A stretch of 64,000 nucleotides of DNA from Spizellomyces punctatus DAOM BR117 (lineage: Eukaryota): the NCBI GenBank assembly GCA_000182565.2, contig KQ257459.1; one strand, given 5' to 3'. Below the pieces are notes generated by a model. The model was not told where the DNA came from. It saw only the letters and a program-made list of their open reading frames with translations, and did not search any database. Made by a program: the position numbers and the translations under genes. Shown here piece after piece: positions 42,673 to 55,903 of this stretch (the stretch's first letter is position 1; each line of letters starts with the position of its first letter).

Positions 42673-43668
42673 ATGACCACACCGAGCACTCACCCACCAA
42701 TAACCAAATTTCCACAAGGACTCGATTCCTCTCGTGTAAAAGCCATCGCCTGGTAAGTCATCTCAATCATTCCAACTCGCTATCATGTCTTCTCACGCAG
42801 CCCCACCAGTGACATGGACGGCACGACTCTTCTCCCCACACACACACCCTCGCCCCGAACTATATCAACGTTCTCCGTCCTCCGCAAAAGGCATCCAGAT
42901 ATTCACATTCTCTTTGCAACAGGGCGGCCGAGATCAGCTGCAGGAAATATATCGCCTTTACTTGCGACGGTGCATAGACCCGTAGGAGTGTACCTAAATG
43001 GAGCGCTGGCAGGCGAAGAAGTTCCTGATGTAGACGGAGGGACAGATCTGGAGGTCTTGTACGAGCGACCTGTCAAGTGTGCTGATGCGCGATGGTACTT
43101 GGATTGGGGTTTAAAGAGGGGATATACCGTTATTGTTTATAGTGGGGACGAAATTTTGACCACAGTGACCAAGGATCCTGTTTTCGATTTTATGAAAGAG
43201 TCCGGTGAGCCCACTGTCCTTGTTCAAAGGGATGTGCAAGAGTTTGTCAATGGAGTAGCGGAAGGCGTTGTCAAAGCCCATAAGCTGGCGTTCGTAAGCA
43301 TGGATCACCAAAAAGTCGATCGAATCCGATCCGAGCTGGACTCTGATACTTTGAGACCAACTTCAACGACCATGCTCGTGCGTACGGGTCCTGAGCGGTT
43401 GGAAGTCATGCACACGGATGCTACCAAAGCTCATGCATTGGCAGTGTTATGCGAGACTGGCAAGCTGGGCGAAGAGGTCGGACTGGATGCAGTCTTGGCT
43501 TTTGGGGATGGGGAGAATGATGTGGAGATGCTTCGTGAAGTCGGGATGGGGGTTGCGATGGGAAATGCAGTCCAGAGGGCCAAAGATGTGGCGGGCTTTG
43601 TGTGTCCTCCAAATGACGAGGATGGAGTTGCGAGAGTTTTAGAAGGGTTATTCCGTTTGTCGGAATGA
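42673..43668 (+). CDS. Cof-type HAD subfamily IIB hydrolase
   Basis: Spliced IACDMDGT, ATGR, YLNGA, ATKAHAL, AFGDGENDVEML, AMGNA, NDEDGVA. Confidence 0.93.
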
Positions 43669-43759
43669 ACATTCTATTGGACTATGGGAAGTAATAGACT
43701 CTGTAAGACTTTCGGACAATTGTACAAGATTATATATCGTATTTGTATTTACACAAAAA

Positions 43760-44886
43760 CTAGAGAGCTGTCCCTCTCTCAAAGTTGCCTTTAATTTCTG
43801 CAGTGTATTTATCATATGATCGTGCAATCTTTTTGTTGAACTGCATATTGCGTTCGTTGATGTAGGTACTGAGGAGGACAAGTCAGCGAAGCCAACCAAA
43901 AGGTCATCAATCGTACGAGAATATACGTACACTTCGTCATCGTCATCAAACGCCCGTCGTCGGGAGAATTTGCTTCGCGCCTGTTCCCTAAAAATCGGTC
44001 AGCAATTCAGTACGGGACGAATTAAAAATGCAGTGTTCTTGAGTGACTGGTACGTACTGCTTCTGTAAATCCTGGACCAGTCTCTCAACCGCCTCCCTGC
44101 TCGGCTTACCGTCCGGGTTCGCATAAGCCAATGAATCTGCATCCCGGTAAAAGCTGCTCTCGCCTCCCTCAGTAGCCACCACCGCTGCACGTTGTTCGGC
44201 ATATTCTATCAAATTGGGTTTCAGCTCTCGGACGAGTTTATCGTACTTTTTGGCCTGCGCTTGGGCGTAATCTGTAAATGCGTTGTTGGCGTTCTTTTCC
44301 TTTTGTTGCTGTTTTTCGTTCCAGGCTTCCACTTGCTCGGCTGTGTAGTGGAGGGCTTTTTGTCGGGCATAATCCTCCCCAGCCATTTCAACCGTCTGTA
44401 AGAGCAAAGGACAAGTTGAGCTTCCTCATCCATCCTAGATACTGCACAACAAACTTGTTCCAACCTCTTTCTCCAGCAATTTTTCCGCCTTTTCCTTCTT
44501 CCTTTCAATTCGCACAGCTTCTCGAGGGTTCTCTTGCTTCTTCCTATACTCTGCTTTGACGTCCTCCCGATTCAATCGTTCCGACTCGCTCTATTTGAAA
44601 GTTCAACTTGTCAGCTGTCCTGATCCCAGCAACCAACTCTCTATGAAATAAGCAGTAAATATACCCGCAGCTTTTTGAGTTTCTTTAGTCTCGCCATTTG
44701 AGCGGCCAATTTTGCCTTTTGGTCCGCTGCGTCATCCTTTGGGGTTTGTACGGGATCTGTTTGTACAGGATCTGCTGTTGTTGAAGTCGCGGTATTTGAT
44801 GTGTTGTCGGATGGTGATGTATCGTCTGGCTGCTGCTCCTGCTGTGCTGGCTCCGTTGGTTCTGTGTGTTTTCTCTTTCTGGCCAT
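43760..44886 (-). CDS. SYF2: Pre-mRNA splicing factor Syf2
   Basis: [16 protein letters not shown]...FTDY...KFSRRR...[35 protein letters not shown]. Confidence 0.92.
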
Positions 44887-45619
44887 TGCTAAAGTTCTGA
44901 TCTTGTTGCAGGCAGCTGCTGCTGCGCACATGCCAAGCTCCTGCATATTTGTTGCCATGGCAACAACGAGTGATCAAATCACCCCTTTCTTGGGTTTCTT
45001 TTCATCCTTTTTGTTTTTCAATGCTTGAGCTTTCGCCCAACTGCCTACGCCGTCAGTTTGCTACACCAACATTGATGAACAAACGGTCACGGATATGGAG
45101 ATGGACTCTGTAGTTTCCTCGCAGCTTTTCCTTGGCTTCTTGGCTTGAAGGGCTGTCACGCCCTAATGTGTGAAAACAGCCCGTCCGTCCATGCCACCAC
45201 CTAGCCAAGCATCAACCCAGCCAGCCAGCAAAGCCAAGCAACGCAATGAAACGTACGAACGCTCATACGCACACAAGACGTGCCCTGCCCTTGCCAAGAA
45301 GCCAAGAGTCCTTGTTCGTCGTCTTGGCCAAAATCCAATGCAAGTCAAACTATCTAATATGACATAAGCAAGAAGGTGGATGTGGCTGGTGTGAGGTGGA
45401 TGTGGCTGTGAATTACCATAAAAGGAAATTGATTGTTGTGGTTGCGCCTCTCATTCAGCCAAGCGGATTTTTATATTCAAAAAGGGCCCCCGTCGTTCTT
45501 CTTCCCATCTTTACGCATCTCATCATCATCGTCATCCTCCTTCTCGCCTTCACAGCAGCCTCCGCGTCCTCCTCCTTTTACCAACACACTCGTTCACACC
45601 CTCTTTACATTTCCTCGAC

Positions 45620-47255
<1,636 letters not shown>

Positions 47256-48147
47256 GCGCGAGGTTGCAACGCGCTGCAGGATGGGCAGGTTTCATTATAC
47301 CGCGCTGCGCTGTGAACAACCAGAGAGTTTTACCTTTATTGTTGTATAATACCAGTTTGCTTCATATATCAATTGGTTCTTCAAACTGTCTCGTGCCTAC
47401 ATGTTTGGTCTTTGTTGATTGTGCTCATGTGCAGGCTCGGAGCAATAACTTTTAGCTGCATGTTTTCTTGCAGATTTTTTGGGTTTCCATTGCAATCCCT
47501 TTTCGTATTTCTCCAGGCAGCTAAACGCAACGGTAATCTGACCGCTGGCGACAATCGTAACTCAACCCCAATCGCTTCCTCGCTCCGTGGATTACGCGCG
47601 GCGAAAGCCGATGCTGTTGTGGAGGAGGTCGGCCGAAAGCGCACATAATAATTGCCACTCTACACACGCTCATGATTACCAGCAACGACGCATTTTTAGA
47701 CTCTGGTCGCTCTGCGGCCGCTCTTCCCAAACGCTTTTCGGACAGCTGCAGTTTCCTCCTCGTGTGTTGACGAGATTTTCTCCGATGCGTACGTAATCTG
47801 CACAGCCATTTTGGATTTCGCCAGGACGGGGGAAACGACCCTCAGGGTCATCCAGGATTTACGCTTGTCTACGGGGGCTGATTTTTTAACTTTGACCCTT
47901 TACGATATCCACGAGAGAGGGTGGGATAGACGTTTTCAGTTTCCGCTTTGCGTTGGGATTCCTACTGTTGAATGTGATGTTTGCTTGGATGGTCAAGTAT
48001 ACTGGGATATGGGACGAATATTATGGTTTTGGAATGTGATGTATGCACAGGGTGCTTCGGTACGGTTTATCAATATATGTTGATGGTCAAGTGGTTGAAA
48101 TTGAAAACTGAATTGCTTTGCTGTTGATGTAGGTGCCTAGTGTAGAC

Positions 48148-50150
48148 ATGGGTGTTGGCGCGAAATTGGGACGAGTTGGACATGTGAGTTTTGGACATTT
48201 GTTACAGCATGATTTTTAAGCATTTTGCGCTGAACTTGAAACTTTTATTACAGCAAGAGCATGATACTGACGCTCAACACCGCTCACGAATTTTATCACT
48301 TTTCCAAACGTTGGACCACAATAAAACTGGATATCTGGACCACGATAACATTATTCGACGGTTTGATGATCTTGCTGGGGCCAAGCGGAGATCTGATCGT
48401 CCTGCTGGAGAGGCTGGTCCGTTAGGGTCTGTGGTCATGTATGCGAGAGAGCTGGTTAAAGAATGTGATAAGACGAGGGATGGGCGGATTACGTTTGCCG
48501 AGTTTGAGCAATTTGTTCGACAAAAAGAGGTGGAATTATTAAAAGTTTTTCAAGAGGTTTGTTTCCTTGTCCTTGGTTGTTTCGGCGGTTTTAGTGAAAG
48601 AGCTTTGCGAGCTTTTTCTGATGATGCCTTTTTTTTCAATTAGATTGATACAAGTGGGGATAATACCATACAAAAGTCAGAGTTGAGGGATTTTGTCAAG
48701 GCTGCTGGTAGGGATATTCTGCATCTGACCTGAAAAGTCTGGATCCTTTTGCTTATCATTGGACTACCTACAGGAATTCACGTAACGGATGCGGAACTGA
48801 ATAATCTAATATCACGATTTGATAAGGATAATACTGGGAGTATAACGTTTGATGAATGGCGGGTAAGTGTTTTCATCTCTGTTTGGCATCACCCAGGGGT
48901 ACACGTTAATCAACTACGATTCAAAGGATTTTCTACTACTTCTTCCCCACGAACCGACCCCTGCAAACATCTTTAATTTTTATAACAGCATCTACAATGT
49001 CGACGTAAATTCTGATTCAATGCCCTTCCCTGAAACTATGACGGATCCAATGGCGGCAAAGCGTTATAGATATTTTGTTTGTGGTGGACTGTCGGGGGCG
49101 GTTAGTCGGACTGTCACGGCGCCCTTGGATCGGTTAAAGGTATGTGAACTTTGAGAAATGTTTGCAATAGATGGCATGTTAAACCTACTGGTTGCCTATA
49201 GGTCCTACTCGTTACCCAAACAACCGTCACCCCCACGACAACGTCAGCAACAGCTGCCACCACCACTCGCTCCAATACCGGCATCATCATGGAAGGCTTA
49301 AAACGAATCTACCATGAAGGGGGCATACGCTCCTTTTACCGCGGCAATGGAATAAACGTCCTCAAAATCGCCCCAGAAAGTGGTGTAAAATTCTTTACAT
49401 TTGAAACTATGAAAAACTTTATCTCGACAGTTGAGCAAGTTGACCATTCTGATCACATTTCGGTTCCTGGACGATTTCTGGCTGGGGGTGTGGCGGGATT
49501 GATTTCGCAATTTACGATTTATCCCCTTGAAACGATCAAAACCCGCATTATGGCTCAAATATCTTCCTCCCCATCGTCTTCGTGTCCCTCCACCTCTCAT
49601 CCACCCATGGCACAGAAACGATTGATAACAAGCACCATCCGGAGCATGTGGGCCGAAGGCGGCCTTAAAACTTTTTATAGAGGTTGTATACCCTCGCTAA
49701 TTGGCATTGTCCCGTACGCTGGTATCGATCTCGGCATATATGAGACACTGCGATCCACGTATGAGGGCCGGTTGAGAGTGAGAACGGGGCGAAAGGATGC
49801 AAAAGTTGGATCCGGGTATTTGTTGGGGTTTGGAGCGATCAGTGCTGCTTGTGGGGCTACGATTATGTATCCGCTGAGTGTAGTCCGAACACGGTATGTT
49901 TGCAGTCGGAATATTTTTTGACGGTATTTTCAAACATTGAATTTTTTACGTCTTTGATTTTAGGTTACAAGCTCAGGGTACTCCCTCCCACCCAATGACA
50001 TACACCTCGACGTTTGACGTGATTCGTAAAACCTACGCTGGGGAGGGTCTACGAGGATTTTACAAGGGTCTAGCGCCAACATTGCTAAAGGTCTTACCAG
50101 CCGTGTCGATCAGTTATGTCGTTTATGAAAAGACCAAGGTGTTGTTTTGA
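48148..50150 (+). CDS. SAL1: Calcium-binding mitochondrial carrier (ATP-Mg/Pi carrier, SCaMC/Sal1 type)
   Basis: EF-hands ([35 protein letters not shown]) followed by three carrier repeats (APLDRLK, YPLETIK, YPLSVVR); start exon inferred. Confidence 0.9.
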
Positions 50151-50772
50151 GAGCTTGGAAGGGGTAGGCTGCGTTTATGAGCTTGGTTGTTAGGTGGTGG
50201 GGTAAATTAAACAGTGGTTATGGGGCTATTTCATTGGAATAGGGGAATATGTTTGACACAGACAATGTAAATATCAATGGAAATGGGGAGTGGTAGATGG
50301 GGACTCTGATGCTCGAAGACCTTGGGGAAAACTCTTGGTGGTGGTTGTATAGATTTTTGACTTTTTTGATTTGGTTTGGTTTGGGGGTTGGTCGTTGATA
50401 CCGGGGGGTTATTTGATCCTTTTTTTTTTTTTTGAAATGGGTGGGTTTTTGGCGATGGTGAAAAGAAGACAAGGACTTGTGTATTTAAGATGTGATAGAC
50501 GACGGATGCCATCTTTTAAAATTTCTATTTCTTTACTTGTTATTTTGGATATCTTCATTTTATCGCTTGGTTTTGGTTTGGGGCCAGGTACATTGCGTGT
50601 GGGTCTGGTTTTTCAATCCGATAATGTGCATGTGGGAAGGGGTTTTTGCTATAGTAGCCTACATAAATATGCCTCTGAGAATATCTGGATATAAATGAGA
50701 GGCATGTTGCAATATATACATCTTTTGCTACCACCACGAACATTACCCTTTCCTCTAGGTCCTTTTCTTTTG

Positions 50773-51953
50773 TCATTTCCACACATCAAGACCCACCTCA
50801 TCCACAAACCCCGAAACCCACTTCCAAACCTTCTGAAGCCTTGCAAGACGTCTCTTGATATCCAATAAGGGTACGAATTGTATTTTGGCGCCAGGAGGGT
50901 AGCCCCACCTCGTTTCTATCTCACATGCGATTGGACACCCATTGACGGTAGTCAAAGCTGATTCGAGTGTTTTGATTTGTTCAGAGAGGATTCGCGTGGT
51001 AGTTAATAGGGCAACGTATTGCCATGATTTACATGCTTTTGAGGCCTGCGCCAGAGATGGTTGATCTTGAATGTGACGATCAAGTTCTGATTGAGCTACT
51101 TGGTCAAATAAGCTGCAAAGGAGTTCAAGGGGGAGGACATCTCGTGCTGGGTGATTGTAATACGTTGATTTGGTTGTGGTGGTTTGAAGGAGTTTGTGAA
51201 GGCGTGTGGATTGGCGGAGGAGGGTTACTGCTTGGGTTTCGGTTTGGTGTCGGTGCGTGGCGAGGTGCTGTAGGATGGCATGGTCGCCATAATATCCTGG
51301 GCTGTAATGGAAAAGTTATAGCAGATAGATAAAAAAAAACTCAAAAAGAAAAAAAAGCAGGAAATGAGAAAAGGAAAAATAAAAGTTACCTTCGTCCAAT
51401 TTCAATCGTTGTTACGGTCAAATCCTTTAAAACCTCCAACGACGACGGCCAAACACCAGCAACCATTCTCAACCCCAACATTTCCCCAATTCCAAAATCA
51501 ACATCCGCGACAAAATCCACTCGGTCCAATTCACTCCACCCCGTTTCCTCAGCAATCTGCTTCAAAGCCTCTGGAGGACCTGGACAAATTACAAGAAACC
51601 TTGTATCGTGTGCCAAGAGTACATGATTGAATGCTTTTTGTGATTGTGTTATGGACCGTGTTTCGGAGGTTAGTTCGTCGGTCCATGTTTGAGTACTATC
51701 GGATTTTAGGCCTAGGAAGGAGAGGAGGCGGAGGAGGTTGGGACATACTTGGCACCAAGGATCCTGGACGATTGGATATTAGTTTTTTTTGTTGTGGGTT
51801 GAAAGCAATGCAAGGTGGATTATTTACTTTGAGGAGGATGACGACCAATTGGGATTGTTGGGTAAGGTTGACCAAGTCTACGGTTTGGCCGTTGATGGTG
51901 GTGAGTTGTGGAGGGAATCGTGCCGTATCCGAAACTCGCGGGCGGACAATCAT
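50773..51953 (-). CDS. Thioredoxin-fold (AhpC/TSA-like, WCxxC) protein with a C-terminal F-box-like motif
   Basis: Exons 51953-51828, 51763-51390 and 51301-50773 join in frame; VVILLKDPWCQVC and LPLELLCSLFDQV...ASKACKSWQYVA. Confidence 0.75.
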
Positions 51954-52421
51954 GTTTTTTGCAACAACCTGCAGAGGGAATGCGTTTGTCCGTGATCTCG
52001 GTGGATTTACGTCAAATACTCCCAGTCGCGTCTTTATGGGTGTCCTGACAGCTTACTTGAGGCAGCCTTTATAAGTTTTCTAAACCAAAGCACAGGTCTT
52101 TATTTTTGTTATTTCCTCGCCCGACTAGATGATTGCATTACCATTTACACATACCAGAATATATGTGCTGTTTGTGGAAAACAACACTACAGGAATGTTC
52201 ATCTATCAATGTAAAAAGTGGAGTAGCCGCGCGAGACTAACCCGCTTACGAAACGCATCTCATCCAAGTTGATAATTGAGGGTCCAAAGGGGCTTTATCC
52301 TCCGGAAACCTGCGGAGGGGTCTATGCTTTCATACCGTTTGTCTTTTTTCATTGATACAAAAGTTGGAATATTTGAACAAACATTGGCCAACTCGAGGGC
52401 CGGTTTTATTTGGAAGCAATT

Positions 52422-53842
52422 ATGGCAACACCTCTCTCGATTCTTCTTCCCTCCGTCGAGTCCCCCATCAACCCAACTCCCCTCTTTCATCTCCCACTCC
52501 CTTTCGACATCAAAGAAGACCAAGCTGAAATCGACCGCGAGTCCGTGCGTCCGATTCTAGAATGGCAGATTGGGCCGGCGTTGGATAGGTTGGGTTCCGA
52601 GCCGAGGCGGGTTTGGAGGTTGTACAGTCGTCTCTGTGAAGGCGGTTCACAGATGGCGAGTGTAACAAAGAATGCTTTGAAGAGTATTTGTGGTGTTGAC
52701 ATTGATGATGAGGTGGCTGGTAGTACTGTATTTATTCTCTGGCTGAATATGTGTACTGACGACAGTTTGTTACAGAGTGCAGCTCTGATCGTTTCCGCAT
52801 ATCGGCTAACATCAGATGGTATGCATACCAGAAATTGCAAATATGAATGTCATTTGCACTGATTCAGTCAATGTCGTTTTCAGATCCAACGACGATAGAA
52901 GACTTTATTCTCGACATCAAGGTAATCTCTCTACCCGCTGTGTGCACAGCGTCCTTTACTCACGTACCTTTTCACAACAGGGAGGCCTCAACCCCACCCG
53001 TTTCGATCTAGTGCGCGATACATACCGCCTCATTTCGAAAGCAGCTAGCAACCCCAAGCAATTCGTTAAAACCGCCAAAGCCCTCTTCAATCCCCTCGGC
53101 CATCCCCGATCAACGGAACTCGGTGCGGATAAAATATTGCAAGAGTTTTGCACATACTGGGCGAGTAACCCATCAGAAGGCGTGGAGATGATTGAGTGGG
53201 AGTATTACTATGCGGGGATATCGGCGGGATTTGAATCGGATGAGCGGTTTGAGAGGATGATGTTTGGGTGCTGGCCGGGTCTGGAGAAAAAGGAAGATGG
53301 GAGTCAGGAGAGTAAAACTGGAGATGCGGGGAGAAGGACAGATTTGGAGCTGGCAAGATGTGAGGTGATGAGAGATAAGAGAAAGCTTGCGGGTCGTGTG
53401 AAACTGTTGGAGGCATTGGGTGAGCTTGTTTCTTGCTCTTTGCATCCATTTTGCAACTCGTTTGACTAAATGTGATCGATTAGTGAACGATTCTCGCACC
53501 TTTCGATCAGCCCTCGACCTCTGTCTTTTGCGACATCCCCCACCTCCTTCCCCACCTGCTCAGCAACCGCTTTGGACGCGAACCTACCTTTGCAACATCA
53601 TATCCCAAATGTATGCACTGGTTGGGTACACCATCTCCACTACTGACGAAGATGAACAACTTATCAACAGTCTCTATCGGAGAGTACTAAAGGAAGCTGG
53701 ATTCAGAGGGCTTGAAGTCAATGGGAAGGGGGGTGCAGGAGGAGGTGGGGTCATGGAGTTGGAAACGAGTCTGCGGAATGCGTTACGGAGAGAGTGCAAC
53801 TTTTTAGAGTACAGAATTGTGGCCAGGGTCGCGCAGATGTGA
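52422..53842 (+). CDS. Calcyphosin-like protein with degenerate EF-hands; 3' end uncertain
   Basis: FNPLGHP...ILQEFC...EWEYYYAGISAGFESDERFERMMFGCW resembles the calcyphosin C-terminal consensus. Confidence 0.65.
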
Positions 53843-54115
53843 TCTTCAAATCCACTTGGCCTTTTACTGCTTTTGTTTCTGCATAGAGAAGATGTGGGTG
53901 GAAGTTGAAGCGTATCGCAGTAGGTAAAGGGAAGGATAATAGGGGACGACAAGGAAGACACTAATGGATTTGCGACACGCTGACGAACCCAGAATATTAT
54001 TCAAGCTTTGAAGAATACCAGGATAATAGTCCACATATAGTTTCGCTCTCGTTTCTATACATTTTGATGCCACATATACAGCCGGTCACATATTTTCCTC
54101 TTGTATGGTCTACGT

Positions 54116-55007
54116 CTATGCCTTGTGCTCATCGACATACGCAGGCTTGATCCTCGAGCTCAAGACTTGCTCAAAAGTAGGATCAACCTGCTCTGAGCTT
54201 GACACATCCATTTTCAGGTCCCTAAACAGAGAAAGTCAACATGGTGGTTATATCGCACAGCTGAAAAATGTTGAGAGCGAACCTGATCTGCCCATCCGAC
54301 AATCTGTAAACCCATGCGTGAACAGTCAAGTCTTGACCCTTTTTCCACGCATTTCGGACAATGTTTGTATGACAAACACCCCGAACGGTTCGTAGTACGT
54401 TCAGTTCGCACATCAAATCAACTTTTTCCTTTGGGTCCTTTACGGCCTCCACTCGTCGTCTGTGCTCCATATAAAAGTCTTTGATGGGTTGCAGCCAGTT
54501 GTCGAGGAGACCGAGTTGTTGGTCGGAGAGTGCGGCATGCACACCTCCACAATTGTAGTGACCACATACGACAATGTGCTTCACCTTGAGAGCTTCAACG
54601 GCGTATTGGAGAACGGAGAGGAGGTTGAGATCGCTCGTGGTAAAGGTGTTGGCAATGTTACGATGTACAAACATGTCTCCAGGACCGAGACCGACTGGCG
54701 AATGTCATTGTCAGCGAGGTCAAAAATACAAGTTGTCTTACAAGCATCCAGAAAACTCACCAATTTCAGTGGGAGGGACGCGAGAGTCACTGCATCCGAT
54801 ATACATGATTTCGGGTGCTTGTCCTTGCGCCAAAGTCTCGAAAAGACCAGGGTTTTCAGCCTGCTTTTGTTTCGCCCATGCCTTGTTGGCGTCCAGCAAG
54901 TGTCCTAGCAATTTAGGACTACTTGTTACAGGCTGGGTAACCTGGTCGGCAACTGGCCGCTCCTCGTTAGGTTTCCCATTTTTTGGATGAAAGATTCCAC
55001 TGAGCAT
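54116..55007 (-). CDS. Beta-class carbonic anhydrase; possible upstream non-AUG extension to 55112
   Basis: GQAPEIMYIGCSDSRVP, FVHRNIAN, LQYAVEALKVKHIVVCGHYNCGG, ELNV; last exon ends VDEHKA*. Confidence 0.95.
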
Positions 55008-55903
55008 GCTGATGTGTCGACGGCCTGATATTGCAGTGTACCGAGATGGGTTGCTCGCAAAGGATCTCAAGAGCGGACACACCAGCCGGCTGCTGGCTTT
55101 TATCAAAGGCAGTTTGAAGGGAGATGGAATGAACCGTTGTAGTCACAACGGCTCGGCAAGTTTGCCCAAATGAAATTGAGACTGTTTTGAAATGTAATCG
55201 AAAGGAACCCTTTATCGTTTCCTTGTTGAGATGAACGTTGAGATGAGCGGTGGGGGGGGAGAAGCTAAATAAGCAAATCGACAACGGAGATAAACGGCCG
55301 GAGCAAAGCAGCAGCAGAAGGAAAAAAAAAAAAAAAGTGAGACAAATGACGAAAGTGTGAAAATCAAAAAGGCAAGTCGCGTGTGTGATTTTAAAAGGTT
55401 GTTGTTTGTGGGGGGGAAATCGGGACGAAACAAGATTGAGTTTATTGGCAAAACGGGATTTGTTTAAAAGGGAAATTGAGTGAAGAAGGAGAATGAACGA
55501 ACGAACAACGACGACGATTATTAAGAAAATGGGGCATTGAAATGACAAGTGTGTTTATTGCCAACTGTGTTTTAGTTTATTATCTTGTCATCTGCATGGC
55601 CCATCTGGCAGCTTCATTTCCTATCGCTCTGCTGCAACACTTGTTTGATCGGAATGGGCCAAACTCTTGAGATCGATCATCTCTCCCTGGAAATCCCTCC
55701 TAGTTTTTAAAAAACCCTTGATGGTTGATGCACTGGGCGCTTTTGGGGGCAACACTTGATGCATTTACAGCAAGCGTTTCTTTAAATAGCAACAGACAGC
55801 CAAGTCATAATGTGTTGCTCTCCAACACCACACTTGTGGAGCGACGCAAACGTCCGTTTATCTAAAAGCACCACATCTATCTGGATAGCTGTGCAAACAG
55901 TCC

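Noticed and set aside
54967-55548. 193-aa Phe/Leu-rich ORF on the minus strand
   Set aside because: Translation of the pyrimidine-rich leader of the carbonic anhydrase gene; low complexity, non-ATG start
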